Assembly: GCA_964645955.1 (NCBI GenBank)
Contig: CAZYCI010000001.1
Location: 6,688-55,748, forward strand
Source of the DNA: an uncultured Thermotogae bacterium
GTDB taxonomy: Bacteria; Bipolaricaulota; Bipolaricaulia; M55B111
DNA: 49,061 bases
Direction of reading: 5' to 3'
Shown: piece after piece, positions 27,544 through 37,472 of the stretch
Position numbering within the stretch: position 1 is the stretch's first letter
Layout: every line of letters starts with the position of its first letter
Notes under the pieces: generated by a model
Told to the model about the DNA's origin: nothing
What the model saw: only the letters and a program-made list of their open reading frames with translations
Database searches by the model: none
Program-made: the position numbers and the translations under genes

Positions 27544-29673
27544 ATGACTATGACTAAACAGAGATCAGACGAGATCGTGGATGAAGAAATCAGGGACGAG
27601 GAGCTAGAAGAAGTGCGGAATATCGGGATAATGGCGCATATAGATGCAGGGAAGACTACGGCAACGGAGCGTATGCTCTATTATACCGGCCGTACTTACA
27701 AGATAGGCGAGGTCCACGACGGGGACGCCGAAATGGATTGGATGGACCAGGAAAAGGAGCGAGGTATAACTATTACCTCTGCCGCAACGACCTGTTACTG
27801 GCGCGACCATCAGATCAATATAATAGACACGCCGGGTCACGTCGACTTCACTGCCGAGGTGGAAAGGTCGCTGCGAGTTCTGGACGGGGCTGTGGCTCTC
27901 TTTTCCGGAGTTGAGATGGTGGAATCACAGTCCGAGAAGGTCTGGAGGCAGGCCGACCGTTACGATATTCCGAGGATTGCTTTCGTCAATAAGCTGGACA
28001 GAACAGAATCAAGGTACGATAAGACAATAGAAATGATCGAGGAGCGGTTAGGGGTCACCACCCTGCCGCTTCAATTAGCTTACAGGAACGAGTCGGACGA
28101 GCTGGTTGGGATGGTTGACCTAATTAAAATGTCTCTGCTTACATGGGACCAGGAGACCAAAGGGGCTGAATACAAAGAGAGGCCGATTCCAGAGGAAGTT
28201 CGAGGGAAAGCGGAAAGGTGGAGGGACGACCTCTTTGAAAAGCTGGCTCACTACGAAGATGAGTTCATGATGAGGTACCTGGAGGAAGAGGAAATACCCG
28301 GAGACCTGATCGACAAGGCGATAAGAAAGGCGACGATAGAGGAAGCCGCGGTACCGGTACTCGGTGGTTCCGCACTCAAGAACGTGGGAGTTCAACCAAT
28401 TTTGAATGCCGTCGTCGATTACCTGCCGAGTCCGAACGACGTTCCTGCAGTAGAGGGTTACAGGGTCGGAGGAAAGGAGGACGATGAAAAGGAGCGGCGT
28501 TATCCTTCCCCCGAAGAACCTTTTGCCAGCCTTGCGTTTAAGGTAACGACTGACCAATATACCGGGACGATGATTTACCTGAGGATATATTCAGGTATCC
28601 TGGAAGAAGGGGATAACCTCTACAACCCTAACTCCGGCAACAGGGAGAGGGTCTCCAGGATGTTCCACATGCACGCAAACCGCCGGGAAAGGATAGAAAA
28701 GGCAAAAGCCGGCGACATCGTTGCTGTCGTTGGCCCGGATCATACATCTACGGGCGAAACGCTTTGCAGCGTCGACGATCCGCTGGTTTTACAGCGAATT
28801 GACTTTCCGGATCCCGTAATTTCGGTTGCCATAGAGCCGCGAAAAGAAGCGGACGAGGACAAGCTAAACACCGCGATCAACAAGCTAGCGAAGGAGGATC
28901 CGACGTTTAAAGTTGAGTCGGACCCGGATTCCAACCAGACGATCATTTCCGGCATGGGTGAACTACACCTCGAGATATTGACGAGGCGCCTGAAGGAAGA
29001 GTTTAACGTGGAAGCCCAGGTAGGTAAGCCAAGCGTAACTTACAGAGAAACTCTCAGGTCGGAATCCGACATAGACGAGGAATTTGCGAAACAGTCCGGC
29101 GGGAGGGGGCAGTACGCAAGAGTTAAGGTCAAATACGAACCTCTGGAGAGGGGTTCTGGAGTGGTTTTCGAAAGCAGTATTAGGGAAGGAAAAGTTCCAA
29201 AAGAATATATCAAATCGGTAGAAACAGGAATTAAGGAAGCTCTTGGCAACGGAAAGCTGGCCGGGTATTCAGTTACTGACGTCAAAGCCACGCTCTACGA
29301 CGGTGACCACCATCCGGTCGATTCTTCCGATATAGCTTTTAAGGCAGCGAGTTCCAGAGCTACTTCGCGCGCCCTTAAAGGTAACTCGCTCCTGCTTGAG
29401 CCAATAATGGAGGGAGAGGTATTTGTACCTTCCGATTACGTTGGCGACGTTATGGAGGATATTTCTAAGCGCCGTGGGGAGGTTGCAGGTATTGAAAACC
29501 GTGAGGGGGTTCAGCTTATCGAATTCGAGCTTCCGCTGGCGGAGTCCTTTGGTTACGCCACAAGGCTTAGGTCAATAACTCGAGGACGGGGAACTTATTC
29601 GCTGAGTTTTTCTCACTACGAAGTTGTGCCAGAAAAGGTAAAGGAAGAAATTTTAAATAAACGGGGTTATTAA
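27544..29673 (+). CDS. fusA: Elongation factor G
   Basis: 709 aa. G motifs are G1 [17 protein letters not shown] and NKLDR, and domains II-V are present. There is a roughly 20-aa acidic N-terminal extension. ATG 27550 is an alternative start. Confidence 0.95.
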   Translation: MTMTKQRSDEIVDEEIRDEELEEVRNIGIMAHIDAGKTTATERMLYYTGRTYKIGEVHDGDAEMDWMDQEKERGITITSAATTCYWRDHQINIIDTPGHVDFTAEVERSLRVLDGAVALFSGVEMVESQSEKVWRQADRYDIPRIAFVNKLDRTESRYDKTIEMIEERLGVTTLPLQLAYRNESDELVGMVDLIKMSLLTWDQETKGAEYKERPIPEEVRGKAERWRDDLFEKLAHYEDEFMMRYLEEEEIPGDLIDKAIRKATIEEAAVPVLGGSALKNVGVQPILNAVVDYLPSPNDVPAVEGYRVGGKEDDEKERRYPSPEEPFASLAFKVTTDQYTGTMIYLRIYSGILEEGDNLYNPNSGNRERVSRMFHMHANRRERIEKAKAGDIVAVVGPDHTSTGETLCSVDDPLVLQRIDFPDPVISVAIEPRKEADEDKLNTAINKLAKEDPTFKVESDPDSNQTIISGMGELHLEILTRRLKEEFNVEAQVGKPSVTYRETLRSESDIDEEFAKQSGGRGQYARVKVKYEPLERGSGVVFESSIREGKVPKEYIKSVETGIKEALGNGKLAGYSVTDVKATLYDGDHHPVDSSDIAFKAASSRATSRALKGNSLLLEPIMEGEVFVPSDYVGDVMEDISKRRGEVAGIENREGVQLIEFELPLAESFGYATRLRSITRGRGTYSLSFSHYEVVPEKVKEEILNKRGY

Positions 29674-29675
29674 AC

Positions 29676-29984
29676 ATGGCTAGAGAAAAAATAAGAATAA
29701 AGCTCAAAGGGTACGATCACGAACTGGTCGATAGGTCCGTAGAAAAAATAGTTTCAACCGCCGAGGAAACCAGGGCAAAAATCTCCGGTCCGGTACCGCT
29801 TCCGACGGAGAGGAAGCTCTATACCGTTCTTAGATCGCCTCACGTAAATAAAACGTCGATGGAACACTTTGAGCGAAGAATTCACAACAGGCTGATAGAT
29901 ATCCAGGAACCTACTTCCGAGACCATAAATGCACTTATGGATATCGAATTGCCTACGGGGATAGACGTAGAGATTAAGCTTTAG
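29676..29984 (+). CDS. rpsJ: 30S ribosomal protein S10
   Basis: [17 protein letters not shown]....[36 protein letters not shown]. It starts 2 nt after the fusA stop. Confidence 0.97.
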   Translation: MAREKIRIKLKGYDHELVDRSVEKIVSTAEETRAKISGPVPLPTERKLYTVLRSPHVNKTSMEHFERRIHNRLIDIQEPTSETINALMDIELPTGIDVEIKL

Positions 29985-30022
29985 TATCATAGGTGACCTA
30001 AGAAAATTTGGAGGTTAACAAA

Positions 30023-30646
30023 ATGTTAGGGACGTTAGGGGAAAAAGTTGGAATGACTCAGTACTATGATGAGTCGGGTGCCGCCGTAGGTGCCACGGTA
30101 ATCAAGTCCGAGCCCGCAGTAGTTGTTCAGGTAAAGACATTGGAAAAAGATGGCTATAAGGGAGTTCAGCTTGGTTATAAGGATACGGAGAAAAGAAAGT
30201 TGACCAAGCCGATGAAGGGGCACTTTGATAAACATAACGTCAGCCCGAAAAAGTTCCTGGCCGAATTTCGGGTGGAGGATCCTTCCCAGTATAGCTCGGG
30301 AGACGAGGTAACGGTTGGCAACTTCGAGGAAGGAGGCTTCGTCGACGTAACCGGAAATTCAAAAGGCAGGGGTTTTCAGGGAGTAGTAAAGAGATGGGAT
30401 TTTTCCGGCGGGCCGAAAACTCACGGATCCCGCTTTCACAGAAAGCCCGGTTCGATCGGCATGTGTGTCGAACCCGGAAGGGTCTTAAAAGGTCAAAAGC
30501 TGCCCGGCAGGACGGGTTACGAGAAGGTGACTATTCAGAACCTAAAGGTATTGAGGGTGGACCCGGAGGAAGATCTTTTGGTTATAAAGGGATCGGTTCC
30601 AGGACCACGAGAGAACTTACTGAGAATTAGGAGTAGCAATGATTAA
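30023..30646 (+). CDS. rplC: 50S ribosomal protein L3
   Basis: MLGTLGEKVGMTQ matches the usual L3 N-terminus. ATG 30023 is 8 nt after GGAGG, and the track's TTG 30008 overlaps the SD. The FQGVVKRW.F.GGP.THGS block is present. Confidence 0.95.
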   Translation: MLGTLGEKVGMTQYYDESGAAVGATVIKSEPAVVVQVKTLEKDGYKGVQLGYKDTEKRKLTKPMKGHFDKHNVSPKKFLAEFRVEDPSQYSSGDEVTVGNFEEGGFVDVTGNSKGRGFQGVVKRWDFSGGPKTHGSRFHRKPGSIGMCVEPGRVLKGQKLPGRTGYEKVTIQNLKVLRVDPEEDLLVIKGSVPGPRENLLRIRSSND

Positions 30647-31286
30647 CCTTGAAGTGAAGGATAGCGAGGGTAAAGGCGGCGAAGAACTCGAGGTTTCGGA
30701 AGATCTGCTCGGTCTGGATTTTCACAACGATCTGCTTTACCGGGCGGTAAAGGCTTACAGGACTAATGGCAGGTCGGGGACGGCCAGTACCAAGGACAGA
30801 TCGAAGGTCAAAGGATCAAACAGGAAACCCTGGCGGCAGAAAGGGACCGGTCGTGCCAGGCACGGTTCCAGGGCTTCCCCGCTATGGAGTGGCGGTGGAG
30901 TAATTTTTGGTCCGGAACCAAAGAAGTACGAAATGGATCTTCCGAAAAAGATGAGGCACAAGGCAATTAGGAGTGCGCTTTCGACAAGGTTTTCCGAAGG
31001 CACTCTGGCCGTCGTAGAGGAGCTGGACTTTGAAGAGCCAAAAACGAAAAAAGGTCTTGCCGTTCTGGAGGAGTTTGATTTACCAGAGGATGCTCTTATA
31101 ATTGTCTCTCAGGAAGAGGACGACTGGAAAATAGGCAAGAGTTTTAGCAATATCCCGGATACCCTCTACATATCCACTTCTCAAATAAGTGCATACGAGA
31201 TTTTGAATCACGAAGGAATCCTTCTGACGAGGGAAGCAGTAAGGGAACTGGAAGATAATCTGCTTGACAAAAGCAAAGCAACTTAG
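30639..31286 (+). CDS. rplD: 50S ribosomal protein L4
   Basis: The core KPWRQKGTGRARHGS..SPLWSGGGVIFGP is present. It overlaps the rplC end by 8 nt. Confidence 0.95.
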   Translation: MINLEVKDSEGKGGEELEVSEDLLGLDFHNDLLYRAVKAYRTNGRSGTASTKDRSKVKGSNRKPWRQKGTGRARHGSRASPLWSGGGVIFGPEPKKYEMDLPKKMRHKAIRSALSTRFSEGTLAVVEELDFEEPKTKKGLAVLEEFDLPEDALIIVSQEEDDWKIGKSFSNIPDTLYISTSQISAYEILNHEGILLTREAVRELEDNLLDKSKAT

Positions 31287-31295
31287 GTGGTTATA

Positions 31296-31589
31296 ATGGA
31301 ACTAAGCAGAGAGGATGTCGTAATAGAACCGATAGTGACTGAAAATTCCTGGCGGCTACAGGAAGAGAGCAACAAGTACGTATTTCGGGTACACCCTGAA
31401 GCAAACAAAATAATGATCCGTGAAGCCGTTGAGGAGTTATTTGACGTAGAGGTGCTGGACGTAAATACGATGAACCTCAATGGAAAGCCAAAAAGAGAGC
31501 AGTTAAACCAGGAAAAAGGCGAGACTAGCTCCTGGAAGAAAGCTTACGTAAGGCTTTCCGAAGGGGACCGCATTGATATATTTGGATAG
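31296..31589 (+). CDS. rplW: 50S ribosomal protein L23
   Basis: The sequence contains IEPIVTENS...KYVFRVHPEANKIMIREAVEELFDVEV..VNT. ATG 31296 is 5 nt after TAGGTGG, and GTG 31287 (the track start) lies inside the SD. Confidence 0.93.
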   Translation: MELSREDVVIEPIVTENSWRLQEESNKYVFRVHPEANKIMIREAVEELFDVEVLDVNTMNLNGKPKREQLNQEKGETSSWKKAYVRLSEGDRIDIFG

Positions 31590-31603
31590 GTTAAGGTGAA
31601 AAC

Positions 31604-32440
31604 ATGGGAATAAAGAGATTTAAACCCGTAACGCCAGCGAAGAGACATGCTGAAGTTACTGACTACGAAGAATTGACCACTGACGCTCCGGAAGAATCCT
31701 TGCTCGAGCCGTTGAAGAAGTCAGGTGGGAGGAACAACCAGGGTAAGCAGACGGTGCGCGGTCGAAGCGGTGGTCACAAGAGGAAATACAGAAAGATTGA
31801 TTTCCTCAGGGACAAGGAAGGGATTAAGGCCAAAGTAGTGAGTCGGGAGTACGATCCTAATAGGTCGGCCTGGATAACTTTGTTGCTCTACGAGGATGGA
31901 GAAAAGCGTTATATAATATCTCCACTAAAGTTAGAAGTTGGGGATAAGGTCGAGGCCGGCGAGGAAGCTGAAGTCAGGCCCGGTAATGCCTTGCCTTTGA
32001 GAAGGATTCCGGCAGGAAGCCCAATCCATAATCTGGAATTTTCACCCAATTCGGGCGGGAAAATTGCACGCTCTGCCGGTGTCGATGCTAGAATAGTTGC
32101 CAAGGACGCGGAAAAGATCGACGTAAAATTACCTTCGGGCGAGGTCCGCTCTTTTGAACCGGAATGCAAAGCAACGATTGGTCAGGTAAGCAACCCAAGC
32201 CATAAGAACGAAAAGAGTGGAAAAGCTGGGCGGACCAGGCACCTTGGTCGCAAGCCAAAGGTTAGAGGTGTGGCCAAGAACGCAGTTGACCACCCGCATG
32301 GTGGAGGAGAAGGTAGAGCTTACATAGGTAGACCTCCAGTTTCCCCTACAGGAGTGCCTGCAAAAGGTGGAAAAACCAGAAAGGCAAAGAAGAGTGACAA
32401 GAAAATTATTAAGAGACGGACAAATGAAGAGAGGGGGTAA
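31604..32440 (+). CDS. rplB: 50S ribosomal protein L2
   Basis: MGIKRFKPVTPAKRH..., GG.NN.G..T.R.RGGGHKR.YR and the VRGVAKNAVDHPHGGGEGR block are present. Confidence 0.97.
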   Translation: MGIKRFKPVTPAKRHAEVTDYEELTTDAPEESLLEPLKKSGGRNNQGKQTVRGRSGGHKRKYRKIDFLRDKEGIKAKVVSREYDPNRSAWITLLLYEDGEKRYIISPLKLEVGDKVEAGEEAEVRPGNALPLRRIPAGSPIHNLEFSPNSGGKIARSAGVDARIVAKDAEKIDVKLPSGEVRSFEPECKATIGQVSNPSHKNEKSGKAGRTRHLGRKPKVRGVAKNAVDHPHGGGEGRAYIGRPPVSPTGVPAKGGKTRKAKKSDKKIIKRRTNEERG

Positions 32441-32443
32441 GAA

Positions 32444-32731
32444 ATGCCGAGATCAGTAAAGAAAGGACCTTATATAAAGGATAGCCTCGAAGAGAAGGTC
32501 GAGCGAGCCAAGACGGGCGAACTGGAAGAGATAAAGACATGGTCCAGGGATTCGACGATTTTACCCAAGATGGTCGGGCTTACTATAAAGGTTCACAACG
32601 GCCGCGACCACGTACCAGTTGAAATATCGGAGAACATGGTTGGTCACAAGCTGGGAGAGTTTGCTTCCACGAGAACGTTCAGGGAGCACGGCGGCATCAA
32701 GAAGAAAGAACCGGTGACACCGGTAGGATAA
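32444..32731 (+). CDS. rpsS: 30S ribosomal protein S19
   Basis: [10 protein letters not shown]...[19 protein letters not shown]...[21 protein letters not shown] basic C-terminal extension is present. Confidence 0.96.
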   Translation: MPRSVKKGPYIKDSLEEKVERAKTGELEEIKTWSRDSTILPKMVGLTIKVHNGRDHVPVEISENMVGHKLGEFASTRTFREHGGIKKKEPVTPVG

Positions 32732-32732
32732 C

Positions 32733-33071
32733 ATGAAAGAAGCTAAAGCGATAACGAAAAACGTCAGGATATCCCCGAAGAAAGCCAGGCCGGTGGCCGA
32801 TGCAGTCCGGGGGGAATCCGTTGATGAAGCATTGAAAACTGTAAAGTTTTCAAAGAAGAAAGCCGCCCGGTTTCTGCAGGACACGCTCGAATCGGCCGTG
32901 GCCAATGCTCAGCATAACCATGACATGACCGTGGATAAACTCAAGGTAAAAGAAGCTGCAATTGACGAAGGACAGACGATGAAACGGATGAAGCCAAGGG
33001 CTCAGGGTAGGGCCGACGTTATGAAAAGAAGGCAGAGTCATATCAAAGTGATCCTAGTGGAGGAAGAATAA
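32733..33071 (+). CDS. rplV: 50S ribosomal protein L22
   Basis: The sequence contains AKAITKNVRISPKKARPVADAVRG and the ...RMKPRAQGRA....RQSHI block. Confidence 0.95.
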   Translation: MKEAKAITKNVRISPKKARPVADAVRGESVDEALKTVKFSKKKAARFLQDTLESAVANAQHNHDMTVDKLKVKEAAIDEGQTMKRMKPRAQGRADVMKRRQSHIKVILVEEE

Positions 33072-33727
33072 TGGGACAGAAAATAAATCCGGTCGGTTTT
33101 CGGGTCGGGGTAAATAAAAAATGGGAATCCAATTGGTACAGCGACGAGAAGGCCCCGGAATACGTGGCCGAGGATCGCGAGATCAGGGATATAATAGAGG
33201 AACGCTATAGAGGTGCTGGCATAGCAAAAGTTAGCATCGAAAGACCGCGGGACGATAGAATTTCCATAATTATCGTTTCGGCCAGGCCCGGGATCATAAT
33301 TGGCAAGGGTGGAAGCGAAATCAATAACTTCCAAAAAGATCTGAGTGAGCGCACGGACAGAAACGTGAATATATCCGTCAAGGAAGCTGACGACCCGCAT
33401 TTGCAGGCTCAGCTGATAGCTCAGGAAGTCGCTTTCCAGATCGAAAACAGAATTCCGCCCAGCAGGGCAATGAAGGAAGTTATTTCCCGGTCCATGTCGA
33501 AAGGGGCAAAAGGCGTTAAGGTAAAGTGTTCCGGCAGGATTGGAGGAGCAAACCTTGCCAGATCGGTATCTCAGGACGAAGGGCGTATACCTCTCCAGAC
33601 TATAAGGGCGGATATTGATTATGGTTTTATCGAAGCCCGAACTAAGTACGGTCCGATTGGTGTCAAGGCCTGGGTGTTTAGAGAAGAGATTTTGCCTGAA
33701 GGGGTGCCCGAGGGTTTGAGTCTATAA
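33071..33727 (+). CDS. rpsC: 30S ribosomal protein S3
   Basis: It has MGQKINPVGFRVG, a KH domain (RPGIIIGKGGSEI) and GRIGGANLARS. The start overlaps the rplV stop by 1 nt (TAATG). Confidence 0.97.
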   Translation: MGQKINPVGFRVGVNKKWESNWYSDEKAPEYVAEDREIRDIIEERYRGAGIAKVSIERPRDDRISIIIVSARPGIIIGKGGSEINNFQKDLSERTDRNVNISVKEADDPHLQAQLIAQEVAFQIENRIPPSRAMKEVISRSMSKGAKGVKVKCSGRIGGANLARSVSQDEGRIPLQTIRADIDYGFIEARTKYGPIGVKAWVFREEILPEGVPEGLSL

Positions 33728-33753
33728 TTTTTCCAAGGTAAGGATGGTAACAA

Positions 33754-34182
33754 ATGGCATTATATCCAGCTGATACAAAACATAGAAAGCAACAAAGAGG
33801 TCGAACGAAGGGGAAGGCCAGCAAAGGTAACACCGTCTCTTTCGGTGAGTACGGGATTCAATCCAAGGATCCCGGCTGGTTGACCAGCAAGCAGATCGAG
33901 ACAGCGAGAATGACTCTCGCTCACGAAACCCAGCGCGACTCGAAGATCTGGGTCAGGGTATTTCCCGATAAGCCGATTACAAAAACGCCAGCAGAAACGA
34001 GGATGGGGAAAGGAAAAGGGGAGCCAGCTGAGTGGGTTGCCGTAATAAGGCCCGGACGGCTCATATTCGAATTTTCCGGAGTAGACAAGGAGAAAGCAAA
34101 AAGACTGCATAAATTGGTTTCCTACAAGCTTCCTTTGAAGACAAGGCTCAAGGAAAGATTAAAGCTGGGAGGAGAAGAATGA
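33754..34182 (+). CDS. rplP: 50S ribosomal protein L16
   Basis: The sequence contains TKHRKQQRGRTKGKA..G..V.FGEYG... and ARMTL... TRMGKGKGEPAEWVAVI.PGR..FE. Confidence 0.95.
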   Translation: MALYPADTKHRKQQRGRTKGKASKGNTVSFGEYGIQSKDPGWLTSKQIETARMTLAHETQRDSKIWVRVFPDKPITKTPAETRMGKGKGEPAEWVAVIRPGRLIFEFSGVDKEKAKRLHKLVSYKLPLKTRLKERLKLGGEE

Positions 34183-34379
34183 GGCCGGGCGAAATCAGGG
34201 AAATGACCGAAGAAGAACTGGAAGAAAAGGTCGGTGAGCTCAAGGAGAAGCTGTTTAATTTGAGGTTTCAGAAATCCACCGGCGAACTGGATAATACGGC
34301 TGAGTTGAAGAAAACAAAAAAGGATATAGCGAGAGTTAAAACGATTAAAAGGGAAAGAGAACAGGAAGGAGAGGAGTAA
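34179..34379 (+). CDS. rpmC: 50S ribosomal protein L29
   Basis: 66 aa with EIREMTEEELEEKV.ELKEKLFNLRFQ. It has an ATGA overlap with rplP. Confidence 0.93.
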   Translation: MRPGEIREMTEEELEEKVGELKEKLFNLRFQKSTGELDNTAELKKTKKDIARVKTIKREREQEGEE

Positions 34380-34380
34380 G

Positions 34381-34644
34381 ATGAAAAAACAGAAAACAAA
34401 GACGAAGAAAGGAAGGGTCATTAGTACGGCCATGGATAAGACGATTACGGTGGCCGTCGATACCCAGAAGAAGCACCCGCGTTACAAAAAGTACCTGAAA
34501 CAGCGTTCCAAGTTCTACGCACACGACGAGGAAGAAGAAGCGTCCGAAGGTGACCGGGTACTGATTAGCGAAACAAGGCCGACCAGTAAGAAAAAGAGGT
34601 GGAAGCTGGAAGAGGTTCTGGACGAGACGGGAGGGGAATCGTGA
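34381..34644 (+). CDS. rpsQ: 30S ribosomal protein S17
   Basis: The sequence is [29 protein letters not shown].. KFYAHDE...A.EGD.V.I.ETRP.SK.KRW.L. Confidence 0.95.
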   Translation: MKKQKTKTKKGRVISTAMDKTITVAVDTQKKHPRYKKYLKQRSKFYAHDEEEEASEGDRVLISETRPTSKKKRWKLEEVLDETGGES

Positions 34645-35009
34645 TCCAGCAAGAAACTGAACTAAAGGTTGCCGATAACTCGGGTGCAAAAAAACTGCGT
34701 TGCATAAACGTGCTAGGACAATCAAACAAGAACCAGGGGAAGATCGGTGACGTAATTATTGCCTCCGTAAAGAAAAGGATTCCCGATAGCGACCTGGAAA
34801 AAGGGGAAATAGTCAGAGCAGTTATCGTCAGAACCAAGAGTAATTTTCGTCGTGAGGACGGTTCTTATATAAGGTTTGATGACAACGCGGCAGTTCTGGT
34901 TGATGAAAGGATGGAGCCCGTAGGTACGAGAATTTTTGGCCCCGTAACCAGGGAATTACGAGAAGGGAATATGCTCAGAATTATTTCCCTGGCGCCCGAG
35001 GTCCTATAG
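34641..35009 (+). CDS. rplN: 50S ribosomal protein L14
   Basis: L14 proteins begin [16 protein letters not shown], which matches GTG 34641 ([19 protein letters not shown]). This start forms a GTGA overlap with the rpsQ stop. The track's ATG 34599 would add 14 non-homologous residues inside rpsQ. Confidence 0.95.
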   Translation: MIQQETELKVADNSGAKKLRCINVLGQSNKNQGKIGDVIIASVKKRIPDSDLEKGEIVRAVIVRTKSNFRREDGSYIRFDDNAAVLVDERMEPVGTRIFGPVTRELREGNMLRIISLAPEVL

Positions 35010-35018
35010 GAGGTCGTC

Positions 35019-35330
35019 ATGAGGAAAGTACAGAAAGGTGATCGGGTCAAGGTTATTGCAGGTAATGATAAAGGCAAAGAAGGAGAAGTCCTTAGGGTAG
35101 ACCCGGAAAACAATAGAATAGTGGTTGAAAACGTAAATTTTCGCCTGAGACACCAGCAGAGGACCCAGCAGCAGAAGGAGCCGGGTATCATAGAGAGAGA
35201 AGAACCGATTGATATCTCTAATGTACTGCCTGTCTGTCCATCCTGTGGAGAACCTACAAGAGTAGGATTTGATCAAGCAGGGGGAGAAAAGGTCAGGGTC
35301 TGTAAAAAGTGCGAGGGGGTTCTGGATTAA
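35019..35330 (+). CDS. rplX: 50S ribosomal protein L24 (Cys4 zinc-ribbon-like C-terminal variant)
   Basis: It has a KOW motif (KGDRVKVIAGNDKGKEGEVL) and a C-terminal CPSCG...RVCKKCEG. Confidence 0.95.
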   Translation: MRKVQKGDRVKVIAGNDKGKEGEVLRVDPENNRIVVENVNFRLRHQQRTQQQKEPGIIEREEPIDISNVLPVCPSCGEPTRVGFDQAGGEKVRVCKKCEGVLD

Positions 35331-35864
35331 GTGATGTTGAAGGAAAGGTACGAAGAAGAGGTCAGAGGTAAGTTGATGCAGGAGCTCGGCTATGATAACC
35401 CCATGGAAGTTCCGGCTATAGAGAAAGTAGTTGTCAACATGGGGATATCGGAGCGGGAAGACCCCGGTATTATCGATGGGGCAATGGAAAACCTCAAGAC
35501 GATAACGGGACAGAAACCAGTGATAACCAGAGCAAGAAAGGCTATTTCCGATTTTGATATACGAAAAGGAGTTCCCGTTGGTTGTAAAGTAACGCTGCGA
35601 AAAAAAAGGGCATACGAATTTTTAAACAAGCTGTACAACCTAGCTTTGCCCAGTATCAGGGATTTCCGTGGCCTTTCTCCGGACTCTTTTGACGGCAGGG
35701 GAAACTACAGCCTGGGGATAGATGAGCAATTGGTATTTCCTGAGATTACTTTTGATGACGTGAGACAGGTTCAGGGTATGGATATAACTATTGTAACCAG
35801 TGCCGAGACGGATAGAGAGGGTTATTACCTGCTCGACGAACTCGGATCTCCGTTTAGAGAATAG
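35331..35864 (+). CDS. rplE: 50S ribosomal protein L5
   Basis: The sequence contains LKERYEEEV...[15 protein letters not shown]... and [23 protein letters not shown]. The start is GTG 35331 or ATG 35334, immediately after the rplX stop. Confidence 0.95.
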   Translation: MMLKERYEEEVRGKLMQELGYDNPMEVPAIEKVVVNMGISEREDPGIIDGAMENLKTITGQKPVITRARKAISDFDIRKGVPVGCKVTLRKKRAYEFLNKLYNLALPSIRDFRGLSPDSFDGRGNYSLGIDEQLVFPEITFDDVRQVQGMDITIVTSAETDREGYYLLDELGSPFRE

Positions 35865-35875
35865 AGGAGGGAATT

Positions 35876-36061
35876 ATGGCACGAAAAGCTTTAGTCGAGA
35901 AATCGGAAAAAGACAAAAAATACGATGTAAGGGATAATAATAGGTGTAGCATCTGCGGTCGTTCCAGGGGCTACATGAGGGATTTTGGAATCTGCCGTGT
36001 TTGTTTTCGGGAACTTGCCCACAAAGGCGAGTTACCCGGAGTTCAAAAAGCTAGCTGGTAA
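35876..36061 (+). CDS. rpsN: 30S ribosomal protein S14, type Z (zinc-binding, 61 aa)
   Basis: The 61-aa short form has CxxC...CxxC ([26 protein letters not shown]) and a C-terminal KASW. Confidence 0.95.
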   Translation: MARKALVEKSEKDKKYDVRDNNRCSICGRSRGYMRDFGICRVCFRELAHKGELPGVQKASW

Positions 36062-36088
36062 CGGTTTATTAATACCGGGAGGAAGAAC

Positions 36089-36487
36089 ATGACCACTCAG
36101 GATCCTATTGGTGACATGGTAACCAGAATAAGAAATGCCAGTCGTATGGGACATGAAACAGTCTCCTTGCCTGGTTCGAAGGTGAAGGCATCCGTGGCGG
36201 AGGTACTTACTGAAGAGGGTTATATTAAGGGTTACGAGGAAATAGAAGAGGATGGAGACAGGAAGACGCTCGAGCTGAGCCTTAGTTATAAAAAGGGAGA
36301 ACCCGTAATTGAGGGGATCGAAAGGGAGAGTAAGCCCTCGAGGAGAGTATACGTCTCGAAGGACGAAATACCGGAAGTACTTGGCGGTTTGGGAACTGCC
36401 GTGCTTAGTACGTCCAAGGGTCTTATGAGCGGTAAAGATGCCCGGGAGAAAGGCGTTGGCGGGGAATTACTTCTAAAGATCTGGTGA
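36089..36487 (+). CDS. rpsH: 30S ribosomal protein S8
   Basis: The sequence contains DPIGDMVTRIRNA and a C-terminal GGELLLKIW. Confidence 0.95.
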   Translation: MTTQDPIGDMVTRIRNASRMGHETVSLPGSKVKASVAEVLTEEGYIKGYEEIEEDGDRKTLELSLSYKKGEPVIEGIERESKPSRRVYVSKDEIPEVLGGLGTAVLSTSKGLMSGKDAREKGVGGELLLKIW

Positions 36488-36497
36488 GGTGATCTAG

Positions 36498-37061
36498 ATG
36501 TCCAAGGTAGGAAAGGCGCCGATAGAAATACCGGAGGAAGTAGAACTGGAGCTGGACGATGGAACTGTCACGGCCCGCGGGGAGAACGGTCTCGAATTCA
36601 CTCAGAATTACGACCCGGATTTTGTCACTGCCGAGATAAAAGAAGATGAATTAGTAATGAGGCGCAAGTCTGATAGCAAGGAATACAAGGAGAAACATGG
36701 CCTCTACCGTAGTTTGGTTGCTAATATGATTGAAGGTCTGGTTGAACCCTTTGAGAAAACACTTGTTCTGGAGGGTCTGGGTTATAGAGTGAGAAAACAG
36801 GGTACAAACCTGGTTTTTGAGCTAGGCTATTCCCATCCGATTGAGTACGATCTGCCGGAAAATATAGAGGCCGAAGTAGAGGACAATGATCAAGTTACTA
36901 TAAAAGGGCCGGAAAAGGAAAAAGTCGGCCAGGTTGCGGCCGATATAAGGAGCCTTCGTCCGCCGGAACCTTACAAGGGCAAGGGAATTAAGTACAAAGG
37001 GGAAGAAATTATCAGGAAAGAAGGAAAACTCTCCGGTGGAGAGGAAGCAGAAATAGGGTAA
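36498..37061 (+). CDS. rplF: 50S ribosomal protein L6
   Basis: The sequence contains SKVGKAPIEIPEEV..., GYRV..QG..L.F.LGYSHPIEY..PE and PEPYKGKGIKY.GE. A short acidic C-terminal extension is present. Confidence 0.95.
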   Translation: MSKVGKAPIEIPEEVELELDDGTVTARGENGLEFTQNYDPDFVTAEIKEDELVMRRKSDSKEYKEKHGLYRSLVANMIEGLVEPFEKTLVLEGLGYRVRKQGTNLVFELGYSHPIEYDLPENIEAEVEDNDQVTIKGPEKEKVGQVAADIRSLRPPEPYKGKGIKYKGEEIIRKEGKLSGGEEAEIG

Positions 37062-37107
37062 TTGGGTTGAATTTCCAGTAGAGATAAGAATTTAGGAGGA
37101 TTATTCA

Positions 37108-37470
37108 GTGCCAAAAGTTGATAGAGAAAGCAGGAGAAAAATAAGGCATCAAAGAATTAGGAGCAAGGTCCGTGGGACGCCCAGGAAGCCCAGAGTTTAC
37201 GTAAAGAAATCCAACAGACACATCTACGTTCAGGCAATAGACGATATGAACGACGAGACGCTGGCAGCAGCATCCAGCCTGAGCTCCGATCTCCAGGAGG
37301 AGGTCGAGAACGCCACGGTGGAAACCGCAAAAGAGGTTGGTTCCCTGATGGCCTCCAAGTTGCTTGAAAAGGGTTACGAATCCGTAGTATTTGACCGAGG
37401 CGGTTACCCGTATCACGGGCAGGTAAAGGCACTGGCCGACCAGATGAGAGAGGAGGGTCTAGACTTTTAG
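37108..37470 (+). CDS. rplR: 50S ribosomal protein L18
   Basis: It has a GTG start after AGGAGG. Motifs are RRKIRHQRIR.K..GT..KPR..V.KSN.HIYVQ.IDD and FDRGGY.YHG.VKALAD..RE.GL.F. Confidence 0.95.
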   Translation: MPKVDRESRRKIRHQRIRSKVRGTPRKPRVYVKKSNRHIYVQAIDDMNDETLAAASSLSSDLQEEVENATVETAKEVGSLMASKLLEKGYESVVFDRGGYPYHGQVKALADQMREEGLDF

Positions 37471-37472
37471 TT

